Of a stretch of DNA of 64,000 nt, positions 1 to 7,525 are shown piece by piece (the stretch's first letter is position 1; every line of letters begins with the position of its first letter). This DNA comes from a virus. The notes under the pieces were generated by a model. That model saw only the letters and a list, made by a program, of their open reading frames with translations, ran no database searches and had not been told where the DNA came from. The stretch lies in IMG/VR virus record IMGVR_UViG_3300045988_085140, one strand, 5' to 3'. Position numbers and translations under genes: made by a program.

Positions 1-93
1 ATACTCTTGGGAACTCCATTGGGTTCCGTTTTGGGAAGTTCCCATTTGAACTTGCCCTGCTGCAATAATTTTACCAGTAAACTTTACGTTCAT
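1..93 (-). CDS. N-terminal fragment (31 codons) of a DUF3127-like small OB-fold protein; gene runs off the window
   Basis: ATG at 93..91 (too short for the ORF track). MNVKFTGKIIAAGQVQMGTSQNGTQWSSQEY resembles Bacteroidota DUF3127 N-termini. Co-oriented with the exonuclease/ERF pair. Confidence 0.4.
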   Translation of the reverse strand, partial: MNVKFTGKIIAAGQVQMGTSQNGTQWSSQEY

Positions 94-101
94 ATCTATA
101 C

Positions 102-1025
102 TTAATTAAGTTTGATTCTTATTGATGGCTTGGTGGTCGTTTCCTTTAGATAGTGCTCGTAGTGGTCAGGCTCCGTGTCCTTGAACAGCTTCGTGTCGAA
201 GGTCTTCTTGGTGGTAGCTGCCACATAAGAGTAAGAACCGATGTTGGTCTTGATGGATTTCTGCTTGTTGGCTTCCATCATCTTCATCATCTGCTCCTTC
301 AAATCATCCTGCTTGATTTTCAGGGCATCCATACGAGCGGTTATCAATCTGTACTCCTGCTCTAGTGCTGAGAACTGCTCAGGAACTTCCACCTTATACT
401 GATAGTCTGTATCATCAGCGAGATAAGCGTTGATTAAATCGTCAATCTGATAATCTGCTACCCTAGGTAGTGGCTGGAACTTGCTCTGTCCGTTCTTGAA
501 CCACATACAAACAATCTCCTTCACCTTCAAGTCAGGATTCTGCTCCTCGAACCATTTGGCATAGATTGATAGCTGGAGCGATACGTTGTCGTAGTGAAGG
601 GTGGCGGTGGTCTTGTAGTCTACCAGATAGATGTTGCCTTCGCTGTCGGCAAAGATTCCATCAATGGCAGATGCGAAGTTCTCACCATCTGTAACAAGAT
701 ACTCGGATGCGACATAGTGTAAACCGAATGAGACTAGCATGCTATGGAAGGCTTGAAGCTCTTCTGTAGGGTTCGGGTACTTCTTGATGTCTGCATCGAA
801 GATAGAGCAGAAGGTTTCAAACGTATTGTGGATAAGACCTCCTCGTTCTGCTGCCTTCATCAATACCGATTCAGGAATGTTCTTGTAGGTGTCGGGGAAG
901 GCTTTCTTGATGAGCGTTCCTGTCACTCCTTTCAGTTCCTTCTCGCCGAGGAAGTACTGATGAGACTCCTCAATGAATGTAATCTTTGGCACATTCAGAG
1001 TGATTTTCTTTGTTGCTGCTGTCAT
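102..1025 (-). CDS. PD-(D/E)XK (RecB/Cas4-like) recombination exonuclease
   Basis: 307 aa. Nuclease core AIDGIF...LVDYKT (D...D-x-K) and N-terminal ESHQY...VTG motif. Ends 1 nt from the ERF gene. Confidence 0.7.
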   Translation of the reverse strand: MTAATKKITLNVPKITFIEESHQYFLGEKELKGVTGTLIKKAFPDTYKNIPESVLMKAAERGGLIHNTFETFCSIFDADIKKYPNPTEELQAFHSMLVSFGLHYVASEYLVTDGENFASAIDGIFADSEGNIYLVDYKTTATLHYDNVSLQLSIYAKWFEEQNPDLKVKEIVCMWFKNGQSKFQPLPRVADYQIDDLINAYLADDTDYQYKVEVPEQFSALEQEYRLITARMDALKIKQDDLKEQMMKMMEANKQKSIKTNIGSYSYVAATTKKTFDTKLFKDTEPDHYEHYLKETTTKPSIRIKLN

Positions 1026-1026
1026 A

Positions 1027-1635
1027 TTATTGTATACCTAATTGTTTCTTCTTGGCTGATACTGCTTGCATGAACTGAGCGTTAGAGCAGAGCGGCTGGT
1101 AATGCTGAATTACCCACAACAGATTGCCCTTACTAACGCATCTGCTCAGGTAAGCCAATCCTTCGTTCAGGTCGCTCGGGTGGTACTGAGGGGATGCTGA
1201 CTGCTGGGCGGTTGGCTGCTGAGTCTGTGTCTGTTGCTGCGCTTCCTGATGCTGCCCATCGTTGGTGGTATCAGAATCAGCATTATCATCAATAGCAAAG
1301 AGACCGTTGAGAGCATACTTTCGGGCGTAAGATGAGGATGCTCCAGTAATCTGACTGCCATCCATACCTTTCTTGCTTTCCTCTTCTCTAGCCCAACCAG
1401 TTGTTGTTTCACACTCGCCATTCTCGTTCTTGATTGTAGCAGTTGCCTTCACGTAGATGCGGTTGCCTATCAAGACTACATCATCGGTGATGATGAGCGT
1501 ACATTTCTGCTTGGCGAGTAAAGGCTTAACAGCTTCCAAGATGTCCTCAGCCTTGCGATACTTGTAGCCACCGAATTTATTGAACTGACTCTTCGGGGCT
1601 TTGAGTTCCGATTGAATTGCCATAAGTTCTTTCAT
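1027..1635 (-). CDS. erf: ERF-family single-strand annealing protein
   Basis: 202 aa. KFGGYKYRKAEDILEAVKPLL and GASSSYARKYALNGLF are ERF hallmarks. Q/T-rich C-terminal tail. Confidence 0.8.
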   Translation of the reverse strand: MKELMAIQSELKAPKSQFNKFGGYKYRKAEDILEAVKPLLAKQKCTLIITDDVVLIGNRIYVKATATIKNENGECETTTGWAREEESKKGMDGSQITGASSSYARKYALNGLFAIDDNADSDTTNDGQHQEAQQQTQTQQPTAQQSASPQYHPSDLNEGLAYLSRCVSKGNLLWVIQHYQPLCSNAQFMQAVSAKKKQLGIQ

Positions 1636-1656
1636 ACCTTATATGTATTTAAGTTG

Positions 1657-1773
1657 TTATTGATACTTCCATTCATAGTGGCTGCATCTGTAGCCACCAT
1701 CTGGGTTCTTATTCGGATTGTCACACATGGTCAAGAAGATACAATCGTGACAACTGTTTGCTTTATATCTCAT
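1657..1773 (-). CDS. 38-aa Cys/His-rich mini-protein (zinc-ribbon-like)
   Basis: Own translation: MRYKANSCHDCIFLTMCDNPNKNPDGGYRCSHYEWKYQ. Fills the gap between the terminator and erf. Confidence 0.3.
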   Translation of the reverse strand: MRYKANSCHDCIFLTMCDNPNKNPDGGYRCSHYEWKYQ

Positions 1774-1796
1774 ATTGTATGGTTTGAAATGTTCAA

Positions 1797-1830
1797 ATAA
1801 AAAACCCCACGGTTCTCACGAATGGTGGGG
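1797..1830 (-). terminator. Intrinsic terminator ending the tRNA/ncRNA transcription unit
   Basis: Minus strand: CCCCAC-N14-GTGGGG followed by UUUUUU. Confidence 0.6.
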
Positions 1831-2407
1831 AGAATGAATTTTATTTTAGTTTAACCTGAGCGGTCGCTACCGCATCGCAAATGTAATCTGTATGGTAAAT
1901 TTTAATATGTCAATATTTGCAATTTCCTTTAGAAAAGGAGGGGCAGTAAAATGAATATGATAAAAACAGCCACCTCCGTGGAGCGACATCTATACAATCT
2001 TGCCGGATGCTGAATCGCTCCTTGGTTCCCTTCTGCATTTATGGAGGCTTAGGACTCCCAGCACTAGTAATCGCACATATTGTAATATATCTGATTTCTA
2101 TAAAATAACCAATTATAACTATTGAACCGAATAGAAAAAAGAAAGCGTGCTGGCTGCATTAGAACCGATTTGTAGTTGTGCGCTCCTACCTTTAGATGCT
2201 ACCTTATTATATAAGGGTCACGGCATCAGGTCTGCTTCTTCACAAGTGAACTCCAAGTTTTTCCAAATTCCACCTATCAGGTGTATGTACTCGCTTGCCA
2301 CTTCCACGTCTAAGCACCATCTGTGGTTAATGATGCTCCTTTTGGGTACGTGTACCTCTCTAGGAAGGTTTATCCTATCCGATATAAAGCCTTGGAATCG
2401 GGCTATA
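1831..2407 (-). ncRNA. Candidate large structured RNA co-transcribed downstream of the tRNA
   Basis: About 575 nt with no credible ORF in an otherwise gene-dense genome. Bounded by the tRNA 3' end and the terminator. At least 7 local helices can be paired by eye (see findings). Confidence 0.35.
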
Positions 2408-2486
2408 TGGGGCGCAAGGTGGGACTCGAACCCACGACCTCGAAGGCTCATAAACCTTCATACTCTACCAATTGAGTTACTTGCGC
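2408..2486 (-). tRNA. Phage tRNA-like gene with encoded CCA and an expanded anticodon arm; isotype unassigned
   Basis: Acceptor stem GCGCAAG/CTTGCGC, D arm ACTC-AATTGGTA-GAGT, T arm GTGGG-TTCGAGT-CCCAC, discriminator C plus CCA. The anticodon arm is TGAAGG-TTTATGAG-CCTTCG (20 nt where 17 is canonical). Confidence 0.7.
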
Positions 2487-2657
2487 TGGGTAAAAACTTA
2501 AAACATGTAAAATTATAACGACTAAAGTTATAGTGGAGACTGGGAGTAGCAAACTCCAAAAAACCTCTGCTGTTTTCAATGACTGAAAGATTATAAGACT
2601 TAACACATTAATAACTTAATACTTAACTATTCTTGTGAGGTTCAATCTCCATATATC

Positions 2658-2750
2658 TTACTTGCCTACCTCATTGAAGTAGGAGTGAATTTCCTTAACG
2701 GCAACAGCGATAGTGATTACGCTAGCTACCAACATTACATCTGCTATCAT
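2658..2750 (-). CDS. 30-aa hydrophobic mini-ORF
   Basis: Own translation: MIADVMLVASVITIAVAVKEIHSYFNEVGK. Lies directly after the Xis-like gene. Confidence 0.2.
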   Translation of the reverse strand: MIADVMLVASVITIAVAVKEIHSYFNEVGK

Positions 2751-2762
2751 AAGTTTATCTGT

Positions 2763-3077
2763 TTAATGGGTAAAACAATAGGCTGCTGCCTCTGATTTCA
2801 ACTCTGCCATGCTCTTTCTGCGGTTCTGAGTCATCCACTCTTCCAACTCGCTCTTCTTGAAGTAGAGTCGGTTGACGTTTGGTTTATAGCAAGGAATGAT
2901 GCGGTTCCTGACGTTCTCTCTCACTCCTCTAACCGTCATGCCAAGAATGATTGCAGCTTCATTAATGTTGAGCACATTCTTTGCAGCTATGAGCGAATAC
3001 TGCTCTATGCGGTCTAGCTGCTCCTTAATCTCTTTGTCTATCATATCAGTTGAATTTGATGGTTTGTTGACTGGCAC
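2763..3077 (-). CDS. Excisionase-family (MerR-like) HTH DNA-binding protein, putative Xis
   Basis: 104 aa. NINEAAIILGMTVRGVRENVRNRIIPCYKPNVNRLYFKKSELEEWM matches the excisionase-type HTH pattern. Confidence 0.55.
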   Translation of the reverse strand: MPVNKPSNSTDMIDKEIKEQLDRIEQYSLIAAKNVLNINEAAIILGMTVRGVRENVRNRIIPCYKPNVNRLYFKKSELEEWMTQNRRKSMAELKSEAAAYCFTH

Positions 3078-3939
3078 TAGCTGCCTTGGCTGGCTCTGTT
3101 CTACCAGTGCCCTTATCGCTGGGAGTGTTCTCCTGCTCTATCAAGGGGAGAATGCCCTTCGCTTTGAGTGATTCATATAGGAAGATTCTTCCTTTCGTTG
3201 TCCACTCGGTGTTGTACTTCACATCGTGCCGACCATCACTCCTTACGATTTCTACTGCTCTGCTGTGAACATATCCACCTTCTAGGAATTGTGCAAATAA
3301 TATCCATTTACCTCTTACCTTGTGTTGGATTCTCATAGACTCCAACTCCTTGTTGAGTCTCATGGCAGTCATGCCGTAGTCCTGAGCAATCTGAGTAACG
3401 GTCATGGTGGCATTACTCTGCAAGATTTTGTCGTAGTAGCTAACCTTAGGCAGCATTTCGGTAATCTTGTTGCCAAGTTCCATGTTCGCCTTGCTGATAG
3501 TGAGGATTTGTTCCTGCTGCTTCTTATTTTCCAAAGCTAGCTGCTGTTTCTCTTCCTCAGCCTTGACCAGAGATTTGAGAGCTTCGAGATAGTTCTGAGG
3601 AACGGATGGATTGGATTGTTCAATCTGTCTCTTCATAGCGTTGAAGGCTTCGATGTATTTCAGTTTGAACTCCATCGCCTTCTTGCCATTGAATCCCATC
3701 GCCAGCAGAGTGAAACCATCTTGATTCATAATGAACATAGGATAACTCTGTTTGTTCTGCTCGTTGATGTAGGTCGTTTCTTCAAACATCGGGGTCTCGT
3801 CGTTTTTAACGATACCCACTTGAAGTATCTTCCTTATCGCTTTGAGAACATTATCATGAGGTTTCTCAAAGACCTCGGCAACCAGTTTACTATTTGTTAG
3901 GGGTTGGTTACCTTCACCTCTATAAACGATTTCATTCAT
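3046..3939 (-). CDS. Rha-family regulator with C-terminal KilAC antirepressor domain
   Basis: 297 aa. N-terminal LTNSKLVAEVFEKPHDNVLKAIRKIL (pRha). C-terminal TVTQIAQDYGMTAMRLNKEL...GGYV (KilAC/ANT). Confidence 0.8.
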   Translation of the reverse strand: MNEIVYRGEGNQPLTNSKLVAEVFEKPHDNVLKAIRKILQVGIVKNDETPMFEETTYINEQNKQSYPMFIMNQDGFTLLAMGFNGKKAMEFKLKYIEAFNAMKRQIEQSNPSVPQNYLEALKSLVKAEEEKQQLALENKKQQEQILTISKANMELGNKITEMLPKVSYYDKILQSNATMTVTQIAQDYGMTAMRLNKELESMRIQHKVRGKWILFAQFLEGGYVHSRAVEIVRSDGRHDVKYNTEWTTKGRIFLYESLKAKGILPLIEQENTPSDKGTGRTEPAKAASASQQTIKFN

Positions 3940-3958
3940 ATTGCCTCCTTTTTTATTA

Positions 3959-4156
3959 TTAAAGGAACACTACCTTGTCTGCCTTAACACCTCCGAACTC
4001 ATTCAGGGCATCATTCCTGATGTCTTCGGCTTGCTTGCTCTGACTTCTAAAACCTAGAGCGTTGTAGATGGTTTCCCTTCGGCATCCATATCGCTCAGCA
4101 AGTTTTTTACGTCCTTCGGGCGAAACTTTGATAATTTTTATCTTTTTTGCTTGCAT
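3959..4156 (-). CDS. Small HTH protein, Cro-like
   Basis: 65 aa. Putative HTH RETIYNALGF. Divergent from the CI-like gene across an operator-bearing spacer. Confidence 0.45.
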   Translation of the reverse strand: MQAKKIKIIKVSPEGRKKLAERYGCRRETIYNALGFRSQSKQAEDIRNDALNEFGGVKADKVVFL

Positions 4157-4227
4157 ATCTTAATTTTTTATTGTACTTTTGCTTCTAATAATTAAGCAAC
4201 TTGTTGTTTACGAGTGCAAAGGTAGTC

Positions 4228-4263
4228 ATTTCTTGCTAATTCGCCAAATTTTTAGCAAGAAAT
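4228..4263. promoter_or_regulatory. Perfect 12-bp inverted repeat, candidate operator in the CI/Cro intergenic region
   Basis: ATTTCTTGCTAA-N12-TTAGCAAGAAAT, between divergent genes 3959..4156 and 4312..4713. Confidence 0.5.
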
Positions 4264-4311
4264 TATTAACCGATTATGAATAATTAAGTATGATTTATAA
4301 ATGTAAAATGT

Positions 4312-4713
4312 ATGGAAGTAACTATTTATCAGCGAATTATGCTAATTTTAGAGGACAAGCAAGTATCGGTTAATGCTCTATCAAAGTTAGTCGATATGTC
4401 TCAAACTACCCTTAATACTCAGTTGAATGGTGAGCGTACTTTGTCTGCAAACGTTGTTGCCAAGGTTCTTGTAGCTTATCCTGACGTGTCTGCTGAGTGG
4501 TTGATGCGTGGGGTAGGTACTATGTATAGCAACCAAGATGCAGATGATTCATCTTATATGGTTGCTGAGACTCCTCATCATGAAGAACCTAAGATAGAAG
4601 AGTCTCATCAGGATGATTCCGTCTGGAAGGCGAAGTACGAAGAGTTAGAGAAACGCTATGACCAGCTATTGTCTATCTTGGGCGGTGGCATGAGACAAGC
4701 AAATGTTGGATAA
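4312..4713 (+). CDS. XRE/CI-like HTH repressor
   Basis: 133 aa. VSVNALSKLVDMSQTTLNTQLNGERTLSANVVAKVLVAYPDVSAEWLMRG is the typical Bacteroidota phage-repressor HTH. Confidence 0.7.
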   Translation: MEVTIYQRIMLILEDKQVSVNALSKLVDMSQTTLNTQLNGERTLSANVVAKVLVAYPDVSAEWLMRGVGTMYSNQDADDSSYMVAETPHHEEPKIEESHQDDSVWKAKYEELEKRYDQLLSILGGGMRQANVG

Positions 4714-4729
4714 TTAAAATGTGGTAGGT

Positions 4730-5233
4730 ATGAAGTATTGTGCATATCTTATTGTTCTTTTTACTCTTTGTTCTTGTGGAGACAAATATTTGAGAAAAAG
4801 AGTCAATACTTTAGAAAAGGAAGTTGATACCCTTAGAAATGAGATAGCCATATACAAGGGAATGGAGAGGGACGTTAGGTCTAGAGATTTAGACGATTTA
4901 GTGTTTTATATCTCTTCAAATCCTAAATATTACCATTATTATTCTGATTGTGCAGGGCTTACGGTTGGAAGTGGTAAGGTTGAATCTATAAGATTAGAAG
5001 AAGCTATAGATAAAGGTAAGGTTTCTTGTTCTATTTGTGACGAAAATAAGCAAATCTATTATGGTCGCAAAGATGAATCAGAGTCAGTATATATATGTAC
5101 AGGAGAAACTTCTACCAAGTATCATAGCGACCCTGATTGCCGTGGTCTCTCTCGCTGCTCAGGAGAAATAGAAGAGGTAAGCGAGGAGGAAGCTGAGGAT
5201 ATGGGCAGAACACCTTGCAAGATATGTTATTAA
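4730..5233 (+). CDS. Lipoprotein with two Cys-rich YH-x3-DC-x-GL...C-x2-C repeats
   Basis: Lipobox LFTLCSC after MKYCAYLIV. Repeats are YYHYYSDCAGL...CSIC and KYHSDPDCRGL...CKIC. ATG at 4730 preferred over GTG at 4721. Confidence 0.6.
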   Translation: MKYCAYLIVLFTLCSCGDKYLRKRVNTLEKEVDTLRNEIAIYKGMERDVRSRDLDDLVFYISSNPKYYHYYSDCAGLTVGSGKVESIRLEEAIDKGKVSCSICDENKQIYYGRKDESESVYICTGETSTKYHSDPDCRGLSRCSGEIEEVSEEEAEDMGRTPCKICY

Positions 5234-5247
5234 TTAAATTGTGAGAT

Positions 5248-5673
5248 ATGAAAAAGATTTTATGTTTTATGATGTTTATCTTGCTGCTTGTATCATGTAG
5301 CAAGGATTCTGGTGAGGAAGTTGGGCTGACTTCAAACTATATAGAGGTTGCTGGAGTCAGACATCAGATTGATAAATTCACGATTGAGAACGAAACCTAT
5401 TTTCGTATAGGCTCCAAGAAGGATGGGACTTATATTTCTTTCGGTTATACTTGGTACAAAGTACCGATTGGCGAAAAGGTATATTTCGTTGAGACAGACG
5501 AGTATTTGGATTATTTTGAGTTGGTGGATAGTTACAGAAAATGCGACTTAACAGATGGTTCTTCTGATAGTTTTTACTTAATAAAGAAGAATGGTGATAA
5601 GTATATCGTTAATATATATATAGGTTCGTCTAGATATAAGACGATTGTACATTATGAAGGAAAAATGATATAA
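5248..5673 (+). CDS. Lipoprotein of unknown function (moron candidate)
   Basis: 141 aa. Signal peptide and lipobox MKKILCFMMFILLLVSCS. Confidence 0.6.
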   Translation: MKKILCFMMFILLLVSCSKDSGEEVGLTSNYIEVAGVRHQIDKFTIENETYFRIGSKKDGTYISFGYTWYKVPIGEKVYFVETDEYLDYFELVDSYRKCDLTDGSSDSFYLIKKNGDKYIVNIYIGSSRYKTIVHYEGKMI

Positions 5674-5676
5674 AGA

Positions 5677-5708
5677 AAAGGCATCGGGAATAAATCTCGG
5701 TGCCTTTT
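5677..5708. terminator. Bidirectional hairpin between convergent genes
   Basis: AAAAGGCATCGGGA-loop-TCTCGGTGCCTTTT. A-run upstream and T-run downstream. Confidence 0.6.
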
Positions 5709-5711
5709 CTG

Positions 5712-6869
5712 TTACTTATCGAAGAACTTATCAATCAGCCCCATCGCCTCATCCTTCTTCTTATCCACAATCTTAGCATATATCTCAGTAGTGGATATTC
5801 GGGAGTGACCGAGTAGCTTGCTGGTGGTGTATATGTCGGCTCCAAGCGTGAGCATCATGGTGGCGAAGGTGTGCCGAGCGGTATGGAAGGATATATTCTT
5901 CTTGATTCCTGCTGCCTTCGCCCATACCTTAATATGATAGTTGATGTTTGGCTGCTGGCATAGTTCATAGAATACCAGTTCGTCATCCGTCTTTTCAGGC
6001 AACCATTTCATCGCCTCGTTGGATAGCTGATAGCTTACTACTCGCTGAGTCTTCTCCATCGTTTTGGTCAGGCGGTAGGATGATGTTCCGTCAGTATTCT
6101 TCACCTCTTCAATATCGCTCCATTTCAGCTTCCTGATGTCCGAGATACGTAGACCCGAAAAACATGAGAACATAAATGCTTGTTTGGTATGCTTGCTGTA
6201 GCATTCTGTTGCAGCCAGTTTCTTCACCTCCTCAATATCTAGGTATACTCGCTCGCTCTCAGGAGACCCGAACTTATAGCTTGGGTCTATGAGCGATAGG
6301 GGATTCATCTGAATGATGCCATCACGGACAGCCTGATTCAGAACCGTACCAAAGCAAGTAAGGTACACCTTCTTGGTTATTTCGCTGAACGGCTGCCCAC
6401 CTCTCTTGGTGGCAGTCCTCAGATACTCTATCCACTTCATGCAAAACTTCTTGTCTATGTCGACCATCTTGGTAGACTCGCCACAAAACTTCATGATATG
6501 CTTCTTCACATTCTCAATGGTCTTGCTGGATTCGTCCGACCTACTTGCCTTCTGCTTGGCAACCTTCACGATGTCTAGCCATTCTACCAAGCGCATGTTC
6601 TTGTTACTGCTGAATACTCCTGCCTTTCGGTTCTTCAAGTCGAGAACCCTCTGAGCCTTGATGATATTCGCACTAGCCATCGTCTCAGCATTCTTCGCCC
6701 TCGCCTTCGCTCTTTCTCTGCCAACCTCTGGGATGAGGTATAGCTTTAGAAATTCATAACTCCTCTTTCCGTCCATATAGATGTCCAGATAGATACTCTT
6801 GTTTCCGTTGGCAAGTTCCTTGAATCTGATAGTGACTGGCTCCTTTTCGATTGTTTTCTTCCTTCCCAT
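5712..6869 (-). CDS. int: Tyrosine recombinase / phage integrase
   Basis: C-terminal HTARHTFATMMLTLGADIYTTSKLLGHSRISTTEIYA (R..H-x-x-R..Y catalytic set). Start set at MGRKK; the ORF track extends to 6923. Confidence 0.9.
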   Translation of the reverse strand: MGRKKTIEKEPVTIRFKELANGNKSIYLDIYMDGKRSYEFLKLYLIPEVGRERAKARAKNAETMASANIIKAQRVLDLKNRKAGVFSSNKNMRLVEWLDIVKVAKQKASRSDESSKTIENVKKHIMKFCGESTKMVDIDKKFCMKWIEYLRTATKRGGQPFSEITKKVYLTCFGTVLNQAVRDGIIQMNPLSLIDPSYKFGSPESERVYLDIEEVKKLAATECYSKHTKQAFMFSCFSGLRISDIRKLKWSDIEEVKNTDGTSSYRLTKTMEKTQRVVSYQLSNEAMKWLPEKTDDELVFYELCQQPNINYHIKVWAKAAGIKKNISFHTARHTFATMMLTLGADIYTTSKLLGHSRISTTEIYAKIVDKKKDEAMGLIDKFFDK

Positions 6870-6905
6870 AAGCCTACATTTATTAATCTGCTGCAAAGAT
6901 AAGCA

Positions 6906-7253
6906 ATTTTTTGTTACTCGCAAATTTTCGGTAACAAAATAGTAACAAAACTACAACATATCTATTGTATACCTACCTGTCATGTATTATACGGATAATT
7001 ATTTTTTCGTATAAATAAAATGTTGATAACCAAGCAGGTAGGTGTATAATAGATATACAAAAGGAGTACTTTCACAAGCACTCCTTCTCATATTATACAA
7101 AAACATTATGAATGCTTATTTGAACCTTGTAACCTATTGATAGTCAATACTATTAGAAATGGTCTGTTTTTATCGAGTAACAAAATAGTAACATAAAAGA
7201 GTTAAAGAAACTAAATCGCTTGTTTTGCTCGCTACAAAGGTAACAAAATAAAC
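6906..7253. repeat. attP-like region with GTAACAAAA arm-type repeats
   Basis: 17-bp perfect direct repeat GTAACAAAATAGTAACA at 6931-6947 and 7177-7193. GGTAACAAAATA at 7239-7250. Inverted copy TTTTGTTACTCG at 6909-6920 versus CGAGTAACAAAA at 7174-7185. Confidence 0.5.
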
Positions 7254-7375
7254 TTGAATGCCCAATATACTTTAACCTACTTTAACTTTGTAATCATTTG
7301 TATATCTACTGCACACCAAGCGTATACCTAAAATCTGAATATCTTACAGATTAACGAATTACATATTTTTTCACA

Positions 7376-7407
7376 TTTGGTAGTTTCAAAAATTATTTCT
7401 ATCTTTG
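7376..7407 (+). promoter_or_regulatory. Canonical Bacteroidota promoter (-33 TTTG / -7 TAtcTTTG)
   Basis: TTTG at 7376-7379, 20-nt spacer, TATCTTTG at 7400-7407. Confidence 0.55.
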
Positions 7408-7474
7408 CATCGTCAATGTTGCAGATTGGCTGGATAAAGTAGTCCTCCTTTCAAGGCGTAAGCCTACAAGATAT

Positions 7475-7520
7475 GAGTCCCTTAGTTCTTGCTGCAACCA
7501 AGACTTTAGGACTCTTTTTT
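7475..7520 (+). terminator. Promoter-proximal intrinsic terminator / attenuator directly before the ATG at 7526
   Basis: GAGTCCCTTAGTTCTTG-CTGCAAC-CAAGACTTTAGGACTC followed by T6. Confidence 0.55.
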
Positions 7521-7525
7521 ATGTT

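Noticed and set aside
2408-2486. The tRNA as an attachment-site remnant (partial tRNA duplicated by integration).
   Set aside because: The complete cloverleaf with all four arms and CCA is present. Phage genes flank it on both sides. No similar 3' half occurs near int (6924-7525).
2147-2518. ORFs 2147..2518 (+) and 2218..2451 (-) in the non-coding block.
   Set aside because: Both run through the tRNA gene itself, lack plausible starts or contexts and have junk-like composition. The region is better explained as RNA.
6987-7000. An additional ACGGATAA match (TTATACGGATAATT) in the attP region, and matches inside ORFs at 34822, 40494, 8685 and 8865.
   Set aside because: None is followed by a TAnnTTTG box at 22 nt. 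The intragenic ones are explained by T-D/D-K codons. They were not counted as promoters.
5712-7525. A prophage-host junction next to the integrase.
   Set aside because: Recognisable phage genes continue on both sides (lysogeny block to the left; RNase H, Tad2-like and virion genes to the right). The window therefore shows the attP configuration or a permuted phage genome.
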